Shown: positions 52,361 through 54,892 of the stretch, piece by piece
How positions within the stretch are numbered: position 1 is the stretch's first letter
Layout of the letters: each line of letters begins with the position of its first letter
DNA from: a virus
Lineage: Duplodnaviria > Heunggongvirae > Uroviricota > Caudoviricetes
IMG/VR virus record: IMGVR_UViG_2568526312_000015
Direction: 5' to 3' (one strand)
DNA: 54,892 nt
Translations under genes and position numbers: made by a program
The notes under the pieces: generated by a model
Databases searched by the model: none
The model's input: the letters and a program-made list of their open reading frames with translations, nothing else
What the model was told of the DNA's origin: nothing

Positions 52361-53317
52361 TTATTTTTGAATTGATTTAAACATCCCATCGAGTTGTAAT
52401 TTATTTATGTCGGTTTTCTTTATGGCTTTAATTAAGTTTTCAATAACTTCCAAAGAAAAAATTACATCTTTCTTTTCAATTCTAACCCCCCCGTGGTGGC
52501 TGCAAGCATTAAGGATGTCCTTTGTAATTTCAACATCATTTTTCATTAATGGTTCATAGTCCAGAGCCTCAATAACAGAAACTAAACTACCTAGCATTTG
52601 CTCTTGGTATTGAACGTTGTTTAAATGCATTATACGAATATTAACAAGCATGAGAATATATTCTAAATATCTCCTGGCAGTATTTCCTTTCTCTTGTAAA
52701 GAATCACGATCATATTCCTCAATACTCATGACTTCATTATGTAAAGAGGCTATTTTGTGCTCTGCTAATGAAATATTTATCGCATCCATGAGGTTTCGTG
52801 AGAAGCCTGTAGATGTAACATGACCATTTGCGGGCCTTGTTAAAATACATGTAGTATAGCAATTTATATTTGGGGTCTGGATTGTCTCATTTACTCTTTT
52901 AACCGTTCTATAAACGTCTACCATATAAGAACCTGAGTTTTCAAATGAACATGAAGAGCATTTTGTATTATATATTCTATTTAGAGATAACTGATTGTGA
53001 TAGTATCCCTTTAAGAAAGCATATATAGTGTCATTAAACTCGACAAACACAACGGACTCAATATATATATGGAATTTATCATTGGGGTGCCACTCTAATT
53101 CAAGTCTTCTTGTAGAGTCATCAAAGGAAAAGTTTGAAATAAAATCCCAGTTACCTAAATCTATAAAATCAACGATATTTCTACCTGCACCATGGATATT
53201 TTTATTTATTAAAGTTGTGATTGAGTTTTTTATAATGTCCCAATCATGAATTTCATGATCGAATTTATTATTGATGGTTTCTTTTATTTGATTGGAAAAG
53301 TTTGAATAACTAGTCAC
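52361..53317 (-). CDS. Hypothetical protein (AT-rich orphan cargo gene)
   Basis: 318-aa ORF, very AT-rich, between the primase and the distal att remnant; no recognised motif. Confidence 0.5.
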   Translation of the reverse strand: MTSYSNFSNQIKETINNKFDHEIHDWDIIKNSITTLINKNIHGAGRNIVDFIDLGNWDFISNFSFDDSTRRLELEWHPNDKFHIYIESVVFVEFNDTIYAFLKGYYHNQLSLNRIYNTKCSSCSFENSGSYMVDVYRTVKRVNETIQTPNINCYTTCILTRPANGHVTSTGFSRNLMDAINISLAEHKIASLHNEVMSIEEYDRDSLQEKGNTARRYLEYILMLVNIRIMHLNNVQYQEQMLGSLVSVIEALDYEPLMKNDVEITKDILNACSHHGGVRIEKKDVIFSLEVIENLIKAIKKTDINKLQLDGMFKSIQK

Positions 53318-53847
53318 TTGTTAGCCTCAAAATTAATAATGAGTATTAAAATTTAATTGATATTGTCTATAAAATGTAGCGATGCAATTTTATTGCAACG
53401 AAATGATTTTTACAACATACCATTATCGCTAAACAAAATCGCACCCATCAAATCAACTTACGTTACAATCACTACAAAGCGATTGCATTTAAATTCAAAA
53501 CAGTTTTCTGTTGGGCGCATTTTTTGTTGTACTGGACTAAAGAGAAAAAATGGGGTAAGGAACAAATACCTTCCGTGCTCAAAAATTAGGTTTTTATGCA
53601 CTTATTAATCAGTCAAGGTGAACAGTAAAGTGTTCACTTCTTATCAATCGTTAATTTCATATCTTTTTGAATATTAATGAAAAAAAACACAATGAGTAGT
53701 ATGAACAGTTTTCCCCCAAAAAAAGTTTTTTCTGCCTTGAGAATGCGCGGAAAGCGAACGCCTTCACCAATGTGTATAGGGGTGTGTGTAGTTTAAATCT
53801 TCTATTTTAATTTATGTATTAAAATCATTGTGTTGGTGGCGATTATT

Positions 53848-53869
53848 GGTTCCTATTATCGCACCATTT
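53848..53869. repeat. Degenerate copy of the thrW 3' end (distal att of the P4-like island)
   Basis: GGTTCCTATTATCGCACCATTT against the tRNA 3' end GGTTCGACTCCTATTATCGGCACCA; downstream flank TAAATCAAGTAGTT resembles the flank after thrW (AAAATCAATAAGTT). Confidence 0.5.
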
Positions 53870-53992
53870 AAATCAAGTAGTTACCCCATATTTAAATACA
53901 CCACGTTTCCTCCTGTGCCGCATTTGTGCCATTGTAACCCTGGCAATTAATCAAAATACTGTTCTGACATCAGGCAATGCAGGTGCAGACAT

Positions 53993-54892
53993 TTAAGCCA
54001 ATTGCTGCCGCCATTCCTTAACGTGGTCAATCAGAGCGCGGAGCTTTGGTGCAATATTGCGACGCTGTGGGAAATACAGATAGAAGCCCGGAAATTGTGG
54101 AAGAAAGTCATCAAGCAGAGATACAAGCTTACCGCTTTCAATATACGGCCTGAAAGTTTCCTGAGTGGCAATTGTTATTCCTCCGCCGGCAAGAGCCAGC
54201 CTCAACATCAGACGCAGATCATTAGTCGTAATCTGCGGTTCAATCGCAAGGTCGAAAGCTCTCCCGTTTTCTTCAAATGGCCAGCGATAAGGCGCAACCT
54301 CCGGGGACTGACGCCAGCCGATACACTTATGATTCACAAGTTCACGCGGATGAACAGGTGTGCTGTTGGCTGCGAGATAGGAGGGAGAGGCAACGACCAT
54401 TTCACGCTGCCTGCCGGTAAGGGGCACAGCAATCATGTCTTTTTCAATGACCTCTCCGAGCCTTACGCCAGCATCGTAACCTGCGGCCACGATATCGAAT
54501 TCCTCATCCGTGACAACAATATCAAGCGTAACGGCTGGATTGGCTGCTGCAAACGAAGCGATTAGCGGACCTGAAAGAAATTCTTCAGCTATTGACGTCA
54601 CCGCGATTCTGAGAAGTCCGCGTGGCACATGGTCAGAAACCATCTCTTCGAACGCTGCCTCAATACCGGATAAAGGTAATGACAGCGATTTATGCAGCCG
54701 TTCTCCCGCTTCTGTCAAATTAACTGAGCGCGTGGTCCGCATTACAAGCATTGTCCCGAATGCATCTTCAAGGCGTCTTATTCCCTGACTGACCGCTGAA
54801 CGGGTAACGCCCAGCCGTGCGGCGGCTTTACTAAAATTACTCTCTTCTGCTACCGCGATAAAAATGGGTAAAAGATTAAGATCGATTTTCAT
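53993..54892 (-). CDS. LysR-family transcriptional regulator
   Basis: 299-aa ORF; N-terminal HTH (FSKAAARLGVTRSAVSQGIRRLE) and LysR substrate-binding domain; start codon at the last bases of the window. Confidence 0.85.
   Translation of the reverse strand: MKIDLNLLPIFIAVAEESNFSKAAARLGVTRSAVSQGIRRLEDAFGTMLVMRTTRSVNLTEAGERLHKSLSLPLSGIEAAFEEMVSDHVPRGLLRIAVTSIAEEFLSGPLIASFAAANPAVTLDIVVTDEEFDIVAAGYDAGVRLGEVIEKDMIAVPLTGRQREMVVASPSYLAANSTPVHPRELVNHKCIGWRQSPEVAPYRWPFEENGRAFDLAIEPQITTNDLRLMLRLALAGGGITIATQETFRPYIESGKLVSLLDDFLPQFPGFYLYFPQRRNIAPKLRALIDHVKEWRQQLA

Larger units (their letters stand above)
40981..53869. mobile_element. P4-like satellite-type integrative island (~12.9 kb)
   Basis: P4-type integrase next to the tRNA-derived repeat; Ogr/Delta-like, AlpA-like and alpha-primase genes; degenerate thrW 3' repeat at 53848..53869. 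Confidence 0.75.

Overview
Enterobacterial (Escherichia/Shigella-like) chromosome at the proA–thrW locus, with two mobile elements integrated in tandem at the tRNA-Thr gene thrW. All calls are from reading the sequence and recalled family signatures; no database search was run. (1) proA (1..1254) and an intact thrW (1369..1444). (2) A ~39.5 kb mosaic temperate prophage (1445..40980) bounded by an exact 46-bp direct repeat of the thrW 3' end. It carries a P22/SfV-type integrase and excisionase, a lambdoid cI/cro immunity region with an iteron-bearing replication gene, a Q antiterminator, a lambda-type lysis cassette (S, R, Rz/Rz1, bor), an HK97-type head module, and a Mu-type contractile tail with a Pin-invertible tail-fibre segment. 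The HNH endonuclease gene next to the terminase is split by an IS629-like element. (3) A ~12.9 kb P4-like satellite-type island (40981..~53869) with a P4-type integrase, Ogr/Delta-like zinc-finger gene, AlpA-like regulator and alpha-type primase. Between its integrase and late-operon homologues sits an AT-rich cargo operon (42328..45604): an Mrr-type PD-(D/E)xK nuclease, a small protein and an SMC/ABC-type ATPase. This is the best candidate for a novel or variant anti-phage system; its architecture resembles Lamassu-family systems, but its reading frames are interrupted at three points. An orphan AT-rich 318-aa gene lies at the distal end of the island. (4) A LysR-family regulator on the minus strand closes the window. 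Other points of interest: cargo genes at the Q–lysis junction and at the attR-proximal slot, a LexA DNA-binding-domain-only protein, a -1 frameshift site in the tail chaperone, and a GC-rich structured non-coding stretch.
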